Below, one piece after another: positions 39,675 to 49,637 of a stretch of 64,000 bases of DNA. This DNA comes from Candidatus Heimdallarchaeota archaeon. GTDB lineage: Archaea > Asgardarchaeota > Heimdallarchaeia > Hodarchaeales > Hodarchaeaceae. A program made the translations under genes and the position numbers. The stretch spans positions 2,802,155-2,866,154 of the forward strand of contig CP070695.1 of NCBI GenBank assembly GCA_020353515.1, in the 5' to 3' direction. The notes beneath the pieces are model-generated. The model did no database searches. It was given only the letters and a program-made list of their open reading frames with translations, and had not been told where the DNA came from. Each line of letters starts with the position of its first letter. The stretch's first letter is position 1.

Positions 39675-40169
39675 TTATTCAGGCACAATCCTGAAATGTG
39701 TCCCTTTTTTGATCCCTAATTTCTCTATCAGGGATTTATTCTCAGGTTTTAATTTAAATTCTCCAGTATCTTTCCGAAGATGTCCAATATAGGTTTTCTT
39801 GGATCCATTACCATTGTTTCCCCACCATAGATGGATAAAGTTGGCAAATTGTGTTTCCTTGGAACGTACAATTTCGAGATTTGTTTGTTTGCCCTCCTCA
39901 GTTAAGATCAGATCGTACTCTGTAACGAGGGGTTTTTTTCCACTATTAGTATTCACGGATTGCCTATCTATGCCTCGTAATCGTGCCTCCTCCTCATCCA
40001 GATATTCATTGGCTAAACGAGTGGCTTCTTGGATTGCTTCTCTAGCAAAAGAGGTGTCTTGGATATCCAACTCATATTCGATCCAAATTTCCTCTGGTTC
40101 AAATTGGCGTACTTGGATCTTTCGACTCCGTGCTATCCTCTTGGGTAGAACCCGATACTTCTCTTTCAT
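39675..40169 (-). CDS. Hypothetical protein
   Basis: 164-aa ORF with AGGAG RBS; RKIQVRQFEPEEIWIE resembles small MGE/phage proteins. Confidence 0.65.
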   Translation of the reverse strand: MKEKYRVLPKRIARSRKIQVRQFEPEEIWIEYELDIQDTSFAREAIQEATRLANEYLDEEEARLRGIDRQSVNTNSGKKPLVTEYDLILTEEGKQTNLEIVRSKETQFANFIHLWWGNNGNGSKKTYIGHLRKDTGEFKLKPENKSLIEKLGIKKGTHFRIVPE

Positions 40170-40407
40170 TTTATGAATACTCTCCTTTGATTATCCCTAG
40201 TATCGGTAGTTCATTTAAAGCTAGTGTAAGCAGAGGGCTATATCGAAGTAATCTCATCTTCCTCATTCTTTTTCAACCATATCCTGCCAATATTTAAAGA
40301 ACAACTAAATATAAACTTAAGAGTAATAGCAGGGGTACGATTAACTGAGTCATTTTCAGTGAATTCCCTCATCCCTTGAAGAAACAGAAGAATGGGAATT
40401 TAGGTGT

Positions 40408-40785
40408 TTATAAATTCTTGTGCTTCAACGCCAGAAGAAATTCCTTGTTAATAGTGATCTTATTCCGAAGGTACTCTTGCTCAATAAGATGTTTCTGGAC
40501 GGTAGTCTCTAACTCCTCGATCTTTCCTTCTCGTGTCTGATACCCCTCTGATGCTGCCAAGATCTCTCGGATTGCCACATTACGGATCGTCTCGTTAGAG
40601 TATTTCTTTTTGCCCTGTTCATTCATGGCAGCATGAACTTCCCGCGTTACCCGATCAATTACCTCTTGCTGCTTTCGTTTCAACCCATTGATGAGACTTA
40701 TCAGCTCTAGACTTGCCAGCTGTTCTTGTTTCAGATACTCTACATCCTGAAGGATAGCTTGGGTGAACTGCTCAACTTCTTTCAT
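40408..40785 (-). CDS. Hypothetical coiled-coil protein (phage-like)
   Basis: 125 aa with AGGAG RBS; GKKKYSNETIR segment. Confidence 0.65.
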   Translation of the reverse strand: MKEVEQFTQAILQDVEYLKQEQLASLELISLINGLKRKQQEVIDRVTREVHAAMNEQGKKKYSNETIRNVAIREILAASEGYQTREGKIEELETTVQKHLIEQEYLRNKITINKEFLLALKHKNL

Positions 40786-40965
40786 TGTGACCGATTTCTC
40801 CTAAATCTAACCAAGATTAATGCAATATAATTTCTAAATTATCCCTATTTTTTGTTCTTCAAACGTCTCAAGTTATTAATTGTCATAGTATATATTATCA
40901 AATTTACAGATAATTTAACTTATTCTCCATTCAATTTTAAGACAAGTTGAAAAAACACCTCAAAC

Positions 40966-41967
40966 ATGGATTTTTTTACCCATCTAATTATTAGTGTGGC
41001 GATAGCTAGTATAATAAGTTAAGATGAAGATACTCAACGTGCTTTCATAATAGGGGGATTAGCTCCTGATATAGACGTATTAATTTCTTGGCTTCCAGCA
41101 CTAATATTTCAACTATTTATTCTTCAGCATCGAGGCCTATTTCATACAGTCTTAGTGGCGCCAGTCATAGCAATGGGAATAATTCTCTCAACACAATACT
41201 TTGAAAGATTTAATCCCATTGAACGGTTAAAAGAACCTTTACAGGAGCAAGCTACTGAATTAAATTCTAAAACAATCTTCTGGGGGAGTATTGGCACCCT
41301 TTTACATCTATTTATGGATTACATTACCCAAGGGGGTTTATATTTGTTTTATCCTTTTATCAATGAACGTATAACTAGTGGTACGATTTCTGTCTTCGAT
41401 CCTCTGGTAACAGTGCTCTCTGGTATTGCTGTAATTCGTTTATTTTATAGTAAGGTTACCAGGGCAAACACCTATACATTTTCCCGATTTCAGAAATCAG
41501 CGAAGTCGTTAAGCATTCTTTTTGTTCTTCTTCTTAGTGGCTATACTCTTCTGCAAATTAACACGATGATCACGCATTCTCCCAGTTCTACGACACCAAA
41601 TAGCATTCCCCTATTTCGATGGGTAGTATGGGAAGAAAATAATATCATTTCAATTGCCTCAGTAAATCAATTAACTCAACAAATCGATAAAATCTACAGT
41701 TATTCACCTCTGACATACAATCAAACAGAATGGAACAGAATAACAATTGAATCCGTTGTGAAACAAGCCAAAGGGACTCTACAATATCAGAAATTTAAAT
41801 TTCAAGTAGGATCAGAATCACGTCTTGCAATTAATGCTACATTTAATGAAAAGGAAAATAGATGGGAAATATCATTTCTAGATACACTCCAAGACGCCCA
41901 AAATCAATTTTATGGGATACCAGAGTGGTTCTCCATTGATACTGAAACGACCATTCTTCTGAATTAA
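40966..41967 (+). pseudogene. Membrane-bound metal-dependent hydrolase (YdjM/DUF457-like) with in-frame TAA at 41020-41022
   Basis: MDFFTH..*..PDID..HRGLFHT..HLFMD, all in one frame with the track ORF 41155-41967. Confidence 0.85.
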
Positions 41968-42032
41968 AAATTATCTTTATGCGAAGAATTCGAACATAAT
42001 AACGCATCTGACGTTATTGAATAGAAGAGGGT

Positions 42033-43244
42033 CTATTTGAGATTTAATCCTTCATATGCGAGGGGTAGCAAACCTGACCTATCAAAAGCTGGATGAGGAA
42101 AAGTCACCTGCGTCATAAAAACACCTATTACTTCATTTAAAGGATCTACCCAGTAGTAAGTGTGCGCTGCTCCACCCCAACCATGTTCACCTATTACTCC
42201 CAGCTCTTTAGAGTCTTTAATTCGCACTCTAATTCCAAGCCCTTGTCCATATTCATTTAAGTTCAGGAAATTTTCAACTATCAAAGGATTCAATGCTTGC
42301 TCAGTTATAGTTCGATTGGCCACAAGATAATTTCTTGTAATTAAATCAATTGTCGCAGGACATAAAAGCCGTTGTTCTTTAAATTTTCCTTTATTAAGAA
42401 ACATCAATGCAAAATTGAAAAAATCTTTCGTAGTGGAGACAAGTCCGCCTCCACCCGATAAAAATTTATAATTCTCAGTATATCGCTCCAATACATCAGG
42501 TAAGTTGATTAATTGTAACTTACTATCTTCGCTGTATGAATAGATCTTAACGAATCTATTTGCTTTTTCTTCAGGAACATAAAATGAGGTATCAGTCATC
42601 TCTAAAGGCTGGAATATTCTTTTTTTCAAAAATTCATATAAAGAATTACCAGATAGTATCTCAATCAACCTTCCTAAAACATCCATTGCATAACTATATC
42701 TGAAATAACTACCAGGTTGAAATCGAAGAGGAAGAGTTGAAATAATCTGGATTACTTCAGCCAGCGAAAGAGATTTTACCTTCTCAAAAGCTAATTCTTT
42801 ATTATAGAGTTTATCAATAGGATCATCCTCAAATAATCCATAACTCAAACCAGAGGTGTGAGTAAATAAGTCAAGAATGGTGATTTCTCTCTCTAATCTT
42901 TCAGTAATGATCTTTCCTTTTTCTTCTTTTATGAATACTTTCATCTCTTTGAATTCAGGAATAAATTTTGAGATAGAATCGTTTAGATCGAATTTACCCG
43001 CTTCAAATAGGATCATCAGCGCAACAGTGATAATGGGTTTGGTCATGGAATATATTCTGAAAATACTATCTAATTCTATAGGGATATTATTCTCTAGATC
43101 TTGCCATCCAAATTTTTGTAAATATCGAATATTTCCTTTCTCATAGAGAAGAAAAATAGCTCCTGGGGCTTTCTTATCTTCTACTAATTGATATAAAAAG
43201 GTGTCTAGCGCATTAAAATCAGATGATTTTATAGGATGCAACAT
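42033..43244 (-). CDS. Serine hydrolase, beta-lactamase/esterase family
   Basis: SMTK, THTSGL, YSY and WGGA motifs. Confidence 0.92.
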   Translation of the reverse strand: MLHPIKSSDFNALDTFLYQLVEDKKAPGAIFLLYEKGNIRYLQKFGWQDLENNIPIELDSIFRIYSMTKPIITVALMILFEAGKFDLNDSISKFIPEFKEMKVFIKEEKGKIITERLEREITILDLFTHTSGLSYGLFEDDPIDKLYNKELAFEKVKSLSLAEVIQIISTLPLRFQPGSYFRYSYAMDVLGRLIEILSGNSLYEFLKKRIFQPLEMTDTSFYVPEEKANRFVKIYSYSEDSKLQLINLPDVLERYTENYKFLSGGGGLVSTTKDFFNFALMFLNKGKFKEQRLLCPATIDLITRNYLVANRTITEQALNPLIVENFLNLNEYGQGLGIRVRIKDSKELGVIGEHGWGGAAHTYYWVDPLNEVIGVFMTQVTFPHPAFDRSGLLPLAYEGLNLK

Positions 43245-43460
43245 AACTTTTAATAGATTAATACTAATTAAAGAATTATTCTATTGTAAGACTTCATCAT
43301 CGGTAAAGTAACTGACAATAAAAAATCATCAAAAAAGTATAGATCCCAAAAGTTATAATCCCCTAAAATTAAATTTACTTTTAGTAACAAATAGACCTCT
43401 AATACCTGATTTCTACAAAAAGAAACAAAAAATGATTGTAATATTAAAAGAGGTGATTAA

Positions 43461-43835
43461 ATGAAAGACATTTCTGTAGTATTAGAAGACAAACCTGGTA
43501 CTCTAGCTGATTTAGGAGAAACTCTAGGTAAGGCTAATATTAATATAGAAGGCCTTTGCGGAGCTACCTGCAAAGGAGAAGACTTGATACACATTTTGGT
43601 AGAAGAATCTGGAAAAGCTTACAATGTACTTGAACGAGCGGGGTTTAAAATAAAAGAAGAACGAGAGGTACTCGTAATTGATATCATGGAAATAGTAAGA
43701 CAGCCTGGTTCAGGGGGTAGATTATTCCGCAAACTAGCTCAAGAAGGCATAAATATTAACTTGATTTATTTAGCTGAAAATAATAGAATAGTGATTGGAG
43801 TAGATGACCTAGAAAAGGCTAAATCAGTCTTGTAA
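43461..43835 (+). CDS. Tandem ACT-domain protein
   Basis: LEDKPGTLA..NINI and a second PG..INI repeat. Confidence 0.9.
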   Translation: MKDISVVLEDKPGTLADLGETLGKANINIEGLCGATCKGEDLIHILVEESGKAYNVLERAGFKIKEEREVLVIDIMEIVRQPGSGGRLFRKLAQEGININLIYLAENNRIVIGVDDLEKAKSVL

Positions 43836-43916
43836 TAGACTTTATCTAAATCCTAGGGAAAAGTTATAGTTTCTTTCCACTTTTTCTTTATTACCTCAAG
43901 AAAAATATCATTATAA

Positions 43917-44414
43917 TTGGTTCATATCGAAATGGAAGTTCGAGAATATCAAAAGAGCGATACAGAAGGCATTTTACTCCTACATGAGGAATTTGAAACA
44001 GAATTCTTGGAAGAACACAGAATAATCACAGGAAGAGGACGCCAAAAATCAGACCTCGAAAATATCTATCAGTCATATCACCAGAAGGACAGAAAATTTT
44101 GGGTGATTGATCAGGAAGGAGAGATCATAGGGATGGTCGGGGTAATAATTGTTGATGAAAGTACCGCAGAATTGATCAGAATGAGAGTAAAAAATCACTA
44201 TAGAAACCAAGGATTGGGAAAAAAACTGTTATCCAAAGTAGAAGAGTATTGCATTAACATTGGAATGAAGAGAATAATATTACACACAGCAAAAAGACTT
44301 GTCATCGCCCGAAAAATGTATGAAAAGTATGGATTCAATTTATACAACGAACAAGTAATCCAGTGGCCAGTTCAATTTACCATGCTGTCATACTATAAAG
44401 ATTTGAATGGATAA
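43917..44414 (+). CDS. GNAT family N-acetyltransferase
   Basis: YRNQGLGKKLL; MYEKYGF. Confidence 0.92.
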   Translation: MVHIEMEVREYQKSDTEGILLLHEEFETEFLEEHRIITGRGRQKSDLENIYQSYHQKDRKFWVIDQEGEIIGMVGVIIVDESTAELIRMRVKNHYRNQGLGKKLLSKVEEYCINIGMKRIILHTAKRLVIARKMYEKYGFNLYNEQVIQWPVQFTMLSYYKDLNG

Positions 44415-44604
44415 TTATTTTTCCTTGGTGTTTAATTCCTAAAAGAAAGAAATTTGTCAAGAGCGAAGGTGCGATTCAAACCGATAGAGCTTCCACACAT
44501 TTTTTCACTAGATTTATATTGCTTAATAAGAATTAAACATGATTGATATCACATGTCAGGATCTTGGGAGTGGTATCAAAAAGAAGATAGGTGATGAGAA
44601 AAAG

Positions 44605-44913
44605 ATGTTATATCTTGTATATTGGGAATTAAATGAAGAAATAAGTTCAGCAGATATAGCTAGAACTGGAATAAAACTCAATGAATTAGAGGAGATCGAA
44701 GGAGCAGAAGTAGTCTCTTGGATCGTTACTCCAGATAATTGGGGAATTTCACTTCTGAAAGTTGAAAGCGTAGAGGCAGCTTTTAAAACCGTGGCTAGGT
44801 GGAGGATCGCATTACCAGGCCTCTTCAAGTGTTGGAAAGGAGCACTAGCCATGGAAGTAGAACAAGCAATCCCATTGGCGGTGAGCGAAGCAGAACTAAT
44901 AGAAAAGTTGTAA
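44605..44913 (+). CDS. Small ferredoxin-like fold protein (DUF3303/GYD-like)
   Basis: MLYLVYWEL start after a GGTGA RBS; the family call is tentative. Confidence 0.55.
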   Translation: MLYLVYWELNEEISSADIARTGIKLNELEEIEGAEVVSWIVTPDNWGISLLKVESVEAAFKTVARWRIALPGLFKCWKGALAMEVEQAIPLAVSEAELIEKL

Positions 44914-45090
44914 AATATAGGTGGGGAGATTTTACAATATATACGTAAAAGCTCCCCATAAACTAAGGATTCAGCAAACAATAATCGCTGGGATGACTAG
45001 AAGTTTGAAGCCACCTTTCTTCGTCCAAGAGAACACAACCAAGAGCGTATAAACAACAATCGTTATTAGAACTAAGTATTTACTCATAAT

Positions 45091-45840
45091 CTATGATTTC
45101 TGAGCAATAATTAAAGCTGTTTCTGCGTATTTTTTTGTCTCTTTATTCACTTTATCATCTATTTTTTGATATTTCCGGAATTGTGAATCCTTAATGAGCT
45201 TCAGAATCAGTGAGGGATATTTGAAAAGCATGAATCTTATAATTCCACGAATTCCAAGTTCTTTTGTCACACTGAAATCTGAATCTATTTTCTCAAAAGT
45301 CTGTATTATTAATCCACTTTGTCGAAATAATTCTTTAATCGTGGTTTCTGTTAAAATATGTCCAGAAAAAGACGGATGCGTTGCTAAAAGATCTATTATC
45401 TCTTGAGGTAAAGTTTCAGAAAACATTGCCTCATTACAACCAATCTTTCCATCATCTCTTAGAACACGAGTCATTTCCCTCAAAGCCCTTCCTTCATCTT
45501 TTAATGGAGTTAAAACGGACTCAAAAATTATATAATCAAAATTATTCGGATCAAAAGGTAATTCATAAACACTGGCTACTCTGAAATCGGTAAAACTAGA
45601 CAAATTTTCTTTATTAGCTCTTTTTATTGCCTCTGTAATCATATTTTCTGAGAGGTCTATTCCAGTAACGTGAACATCATGTCTTTTTGCAATCAAACAA
45701 GCAGTAAATCCAGAACCACAACCAACATCTAAAAGATTGGAATTCTCAGAGATCTTAAGAATTTCAAGTAATTTTTCTGTAGCTTTAGAGCCTCCAGGAT
45801 GAAGGACAGGAAAATTTAATTGAGCAACAAAATTATACAT
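45091..45840 (-). CDS. Class I SAM-dependent methyltransferase
   Basis: HPGG, LDVGCGSG, GIDLS and LPF..FD motifs. Confidence 0.92.
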   Translation of the reverse strand: MYNFVAQLNFPVLHPGGSKATEKLLEILKISENSNLLDVGCGSGFTACLIAKRHDVHVTGIDLSENMITEAIKRANKENLSSFTDFRVASVYELPFDPNNFDYIIFESVLTPLKDEGRALREMTRVLRDDGKIGCNEAMFSETLPQEIIDLLATHPSFSGHILTETTIKELFRQSGLIIQTFEKIDSDFSVTKELGIRGIIRFMLFKYPSLILKLIKDSQFRKYQKIDDKVNKETKKYAETALIIAQKS

Positions 45841-46008
45841 CTCATCAGTAGGTAAGATCTTTTCTTTTTTAGGAAAAATAATCGATCACCTTCAGTAAAG
45901 GACTTGTCTCTATGCTGTTTATATGTGAATCTTGTGATAATAAATTTTGAGACAAATCCAAATTTCAGCATAGTCCATTAAGGACTTCTGTCTCTCTTAT
46001 TTTGAAAC

Positions 46009-46938
46009 TTGATTCCAAAATCCATGACTATTTATAGTTGCAGGCACTTGGATACACGAAACTTAACTAATGATAATGAGGAAATACATCTGCCTCGCAG
46101 ATTAAGAAGACCTCCAATACTCCGAAGACCCCATACTCCTAGATCTAGTCAGGGAAACTTAATTCCCTCAACTTCCATTCCTGCTCCCTCATTGAGATTA
46201 CAATTGATTGCGTTTATCTGGGATATCTTTCGAGGAGGAATACTCATTGCCTGTGTAGTCGGGATATTCTTTAGTATAATATTTACTCCATGGATTCAAG
46301 ATAATTTGCTACTTCCAGATACACCAGCATACCTGGCGACTGAAAATATCATCTTAGAATATGATCAATTCTGGTGTGAACCAGAGACAGATTTATCATT
46401 CCCTCGGGGGGAAGTAATCGGAATAAATTGGGTGGCAACGGGAAGCTTGGACTTTTATGTGCTAGATACAGAGAATTTTCAAGAATTTCAAAACCCTGAC
46501 AATCGGTTATTAAACAAATTTCACTCTGTATACGAGGTAAGAGGGGAAAAAAACCTAACAACAGAGATTCAAGTGGGAGTAACGGCTAGATATTACCTTA
46601 TATGGTATTACTCACTCGCAAACTCAATTGAAAACTCACAAGATGACGTAGATCTCAGCTTTACAATCAAATTTCCTCCCAGTTCAAAAACCGTCATTTC
46701 ACCATTAGTGATTTTAGTGACTTTCATCTTAATCACGTATTTTGTGCTAATTCTGGTGGTTTCTTTAAAAAAGTATGCCCTTTCACCCGTGTCCAAGGAT
46801 TTAGAAGAGGAAGAATTGAGGAGGGAGGAGAACAAAATCCAAGAACCCCAACTATGCCCAAATTGCTTTACAATAGTACTTGCGAATGAAACAAGCTGTC
46901 ATAAGTGTGGTAGAAATAGATTCATAGATGATTCTTAG
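46009..46938 (+). CDS. Two-TM membrane protein with beta-sandwich ectodomain and C-terminal Zn ribbon (true start probably downstream, about 46090)
   Basis: Two hydrophobic helices; SLDFYVLD..NF; YYLIW; CPNC..CHKCG. Confidence 0.7.
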   Translation: MIPKSMTIYSCRHLDTRNLTNDNEEIHLPRRLRRPPILRRPHTPRSSQGNLIPSTSIPAPSLRLQLIAFIWDIFRGGILIACVVGIFFSIIFTPWIQDNLLLPDTPAYLATENIILEYDQFWCEPETDLSFPRGEVIGINWVATGSLDFYVLDTENFQEFQNPDNRLLNKFHSVYEVRGEKNLTTEIQVGVTARYYLIWYYSLANSIENSQDDVDLSFTIKFPPSSKTVISPLVILVTFILITYFVLILVVSLKKYALSPVSKDLEEEELRREENKIQEPQLCPNCFTIVLANETSCHKCGRNRFIDDS

Positions 46939-47056
46939 AATTGGAACCTAGAACTTATAGCTGATAATAGACTCTGTGAAACAGCTTATGGTTTATTTTA
47001 AGGGTATACTCTGATTTATTTCACCATCATTATCAGCTGCTACCAAAAAATCTGAG

Positions 47057-47935
47057 CTAGGATGTGATTAAACCATACACTCGAGAATGACTCGAATCAT
47101 CAAGAATCTTGATTGAAAAACCAACAGTCTCAATTACTTCCTGAAGAATAGCTGGTGACACAAAATGAAGAGTGTACCGATAAATCTCACGAGAGGCCAG
47201 AGTATAATCACGAGTAAACGTGTTGTAACACATATAAGTCACAGATTGGGCACCATATTCCATCTCAGTGGCAGGAAACTCATAATATTCCGCAGCAATA
47301 ATCCCCCTTCCTAACTCTAGGAGTAACTCCCCATCGTGACCCTTCCCTCGATCGATAGCTACTGGTAATTTCCCAGGAATTTTAAAGGTGGAAAACAGAA
47401 ACATTCCATCTGGACCCAAATGATTTTGCACCTTCGTGAATAAGTTGTGTAACTCATTAAACGAAAAACTGGGAAAAGTATTCATAGGGAGAAGAATAAT
47501 ATCAAAGAAAGTCTCCTTAAAAGCAGAGGTGGTTAGGAAGTCTTCAAAAATAATATCACAATTGTTGAGAGAGGGGTAGGTACTCTGATAACGATGAAAA
47601 TACGGTTTAAAATGGGTACAGGTCTCAATTCCTTGAAATTTCATCGAATCGTTGAGCCAATGTTTCCCTTCTATGAGCTTTCGCAAGATTCTACCATATC
47701 CCGCCCCGATTTCCAAAATGGAAGAAGAATTTAGTTGAAAAACAAATGGAAGTTCAGGATCTTCCCTTCTTTCGTGGGTATACCGTCTTCGCCAAAATAC
47801 TTCCGCCCAAGTTGTTGTTTTATGAAAGTCAAACTGGATATCATTGATCGTATCATTAGACTGGAGAAATTGGAGTCGCTGGAGTTTATCAAACTCTTCC
47901 TGAAGGGGAATTGGTTGCATTAAATTCAAATCCAC
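47057..47935 (-). CDS. Class I SAM-dependent methyltransferase
   Basis: ILEIGAGYGR, FDIILLP and HLGPDG motifs. Confidence 0.85.
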   Translation of the reverse strand: MDLNLMQPIPLQEEFDKLQRLQFLQSNDTINDIQFDFHKTTTWAEVFWRRRYTHERREDPELPFVFQLNSSSILEIGAGYGRILRKLIEGKHWLNDSMKFQGIETCTHFKPYFHRYQSTYPSLNNCDIIFEDFLTTSAFKETFFDIILLPMNTFPSFSFNELHNLFTKVQNHLGPDGMFLFSTFKIPGKLPVAIDRGKGHDGELLLELGRGIIAAEYYEFPATEMEYGAQSVTYMCYNTFTRDYTLASREIYRYTLHFVSPAILQEVIETVGFSIKILDDSSHSRVYGLITS

Positions 47936-48133
47936 TAATGGAGAAACAAGAAATAAAACCTCAAAAGGAGAGTTTTATCTCTAACTCAAATTTTTTCAAT
48001 AATCTTTGTTTCTAAATGCTTAATCATTAGTGCCTAGAGTCAAAATTAAGTATACTCAACAGCAATAATACACGCATATGCACTGATTAAAGACCTGCTA
48101 TTATTCCTCGATATTTCCTTCTACTGACCTTTC

Positions 48134-49045
48134 TCATGTCAATTCTGAGAGAAAGTTAGAATATTCCAGCATGATGGCTTTTCCTTGTTTCTTCTTTATA
48201 TTCGGACTTATGTGTTCGAATCCTGCAAATTCAACAAGTTTAGCATTTGTTAATCTTGGTGCTAGATCTCTGGCAAGTTCAATAGGGGTGACTCGGTCAA
48301 AGGTGCCGTTAAGTAATAATACAGGCTTATTTCCTATGGAATTAATACAGGAAGCATAGAAATCAATTTCTTTTTCAATGTCCTGAGCATAATATCTAAA
48401 GAGCAGTTCAAGCGTTCGTATTGGTGTTCCTTCAAGTAATGAAAATGTCCGTCTTTCCAGGATCCAACTAATGAGTTTTTCTTTCAAGTTTAATTCCGAA
48501 TATTTCTTTTGAAAGATTGCAGGGGTGTATATTGTTCTTACGATTCGTTTATGATTAGTTGAGTTGATCTTTTCAGACAATATATCATCTAATGTCATTA
48601 GATCTTCAAGTCGCTCTGTGAAAAGATTTTTCTCCTCCTCAAGCTTTGGACCAAGAAGATTGACAATGCCATATCCCGCAAGACTCACTATTCTGTCAGG
48701 AAATAATCCAGTAAAAACTTGTCCCACCATGGATCCCTTGCTAACTCCAAAAAGATGAGCTTTTTTGATTTTCAAAAAATCGAGCAATCCTAAAAGTTCA
48801 TCTGCCAAGGCCTTAAGAGTAAATTGCTCTATTTTGGGGGAGGATTTTCCGATGCCTTGATAGTCATATAGCACATAAGGATAATCATCTTGAGTCAAAT
48901 CCCGAAATGCAGGCAAATAGGTTGATAACCATTGTCTATAGTTGAATATTGAACCATTTAAGAAGATAACAGGCGGTGTGTTTGAATCACGCTTTTCGTA
49001 AAAATAATCGATTTCAACATCATCTTGAATTTTGGCTAATGGCAT
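48134..49045 (-). CDS. Alpha/beta hydrolase
   Basis: YDYQGIGKS; nucleophile elbow GVSKG; GTFDRV; C-terminal His. Confidence 0.88.
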   Translation of the reverse strand: MPLAKIQDDVEIDYFYEKRDSNTPPVIFLNGSIFNYRQWLSTYLPAFRDLTQDDYPYVLYDYQGIGKSSPKIEQFTLKALADELLGLLDFLKIKKAHLFGVSKGSMVGQVFTGLFPDRIVSLAGYGIVNLLGPKLEEEKNLFTERLEDLMTLDDILSEKINSTNHKRIVRTIYTPAIFQKKYSELNLKEKLISWILERRTFSLLEGTPIRTLELLFRYYAQDIEKEIDFYASCINSIGNKPVLLLNGTFDRVTPIELARDLAPRLTNAKLVEFAGFEHISPNIKKKQGKAIMLEYSNFLSELT

Positions 49046-49158
49046 TTAACCACCTTTTCCTAGCTCTTTTTTAGCAACTCATGAGGAATTTTGGTAATAA
49101 CAACCTTAATGGAAGGACACTTATTAGATGCTATGATGATAACTATTTTGTGGGAAAG

Positions 49159-49614
49159 ATGAAAAGAGCCCAAATTGCAGTTTATAAACAATTATGGGAA
49201 TATTTTCTACGACAAGGACTGAAAACAATTGAGATTATTGAAGAAGAGGATGCCTGGGAGGTTAGAACCTTTCCTCAGGAATACTCAGTGAGGGAAACAT
49301 TCCATCACACCGTCCAAGCAATTTATGAAGATGCAGGCAGATGATTTATGGACGAGTTCAGAAAATATAAATCAAGTGGGATCCCTTCAGACGATTTGAC
49401 CCGAGCTGTAAATCGTATGCTTAAGGCATTTGGAAAATTCAATGATGAAGAGCTGAGTAATGAAATAACATTCCAATGGGGAGAAAAAACAACAATTGCA
49501 GGAGCGATTCAGCAAAACCTGTTCCACGTGGTTGGGCATTTCAGCCAACTGCGAAATTGGGTAGGACAAGCCAAACGAAGGCGAGGGAGAGGGACACGGG
49601 ATGATATATTATGA
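49159..49614 (+). pseudogene. DinB/YfiT-like protein split by in-frame TGA at 49342-49344
   Basis: SVRETFHH..E in the first half; HVVGHFSQL in the same frame after the stop. Confidence 0.8.
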
Positions 49615-49637
49615 GGAGAAGAAAAAGGGAGACCTCA

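Noticed and set aside
44459-44485. tRNA 3'-end-like remnant (minus strand GGTTTGAATCGCACCTTCGC) as an att site
   Set aside because: It is too degenerate, matches none of the tRNAs in the window, and no integrase is present.
37444-49344. TGA recoding (Trp or Sec), suggested by in-frame TGAs in the Csa3-like and DinB genes
   Set aside because: Core genes here (rpl32e, rpl18, rps5, rpl30) end in TGA, another lesion is TAA and another is a frameshift. No SECIS or catalytic Cys context is visible.
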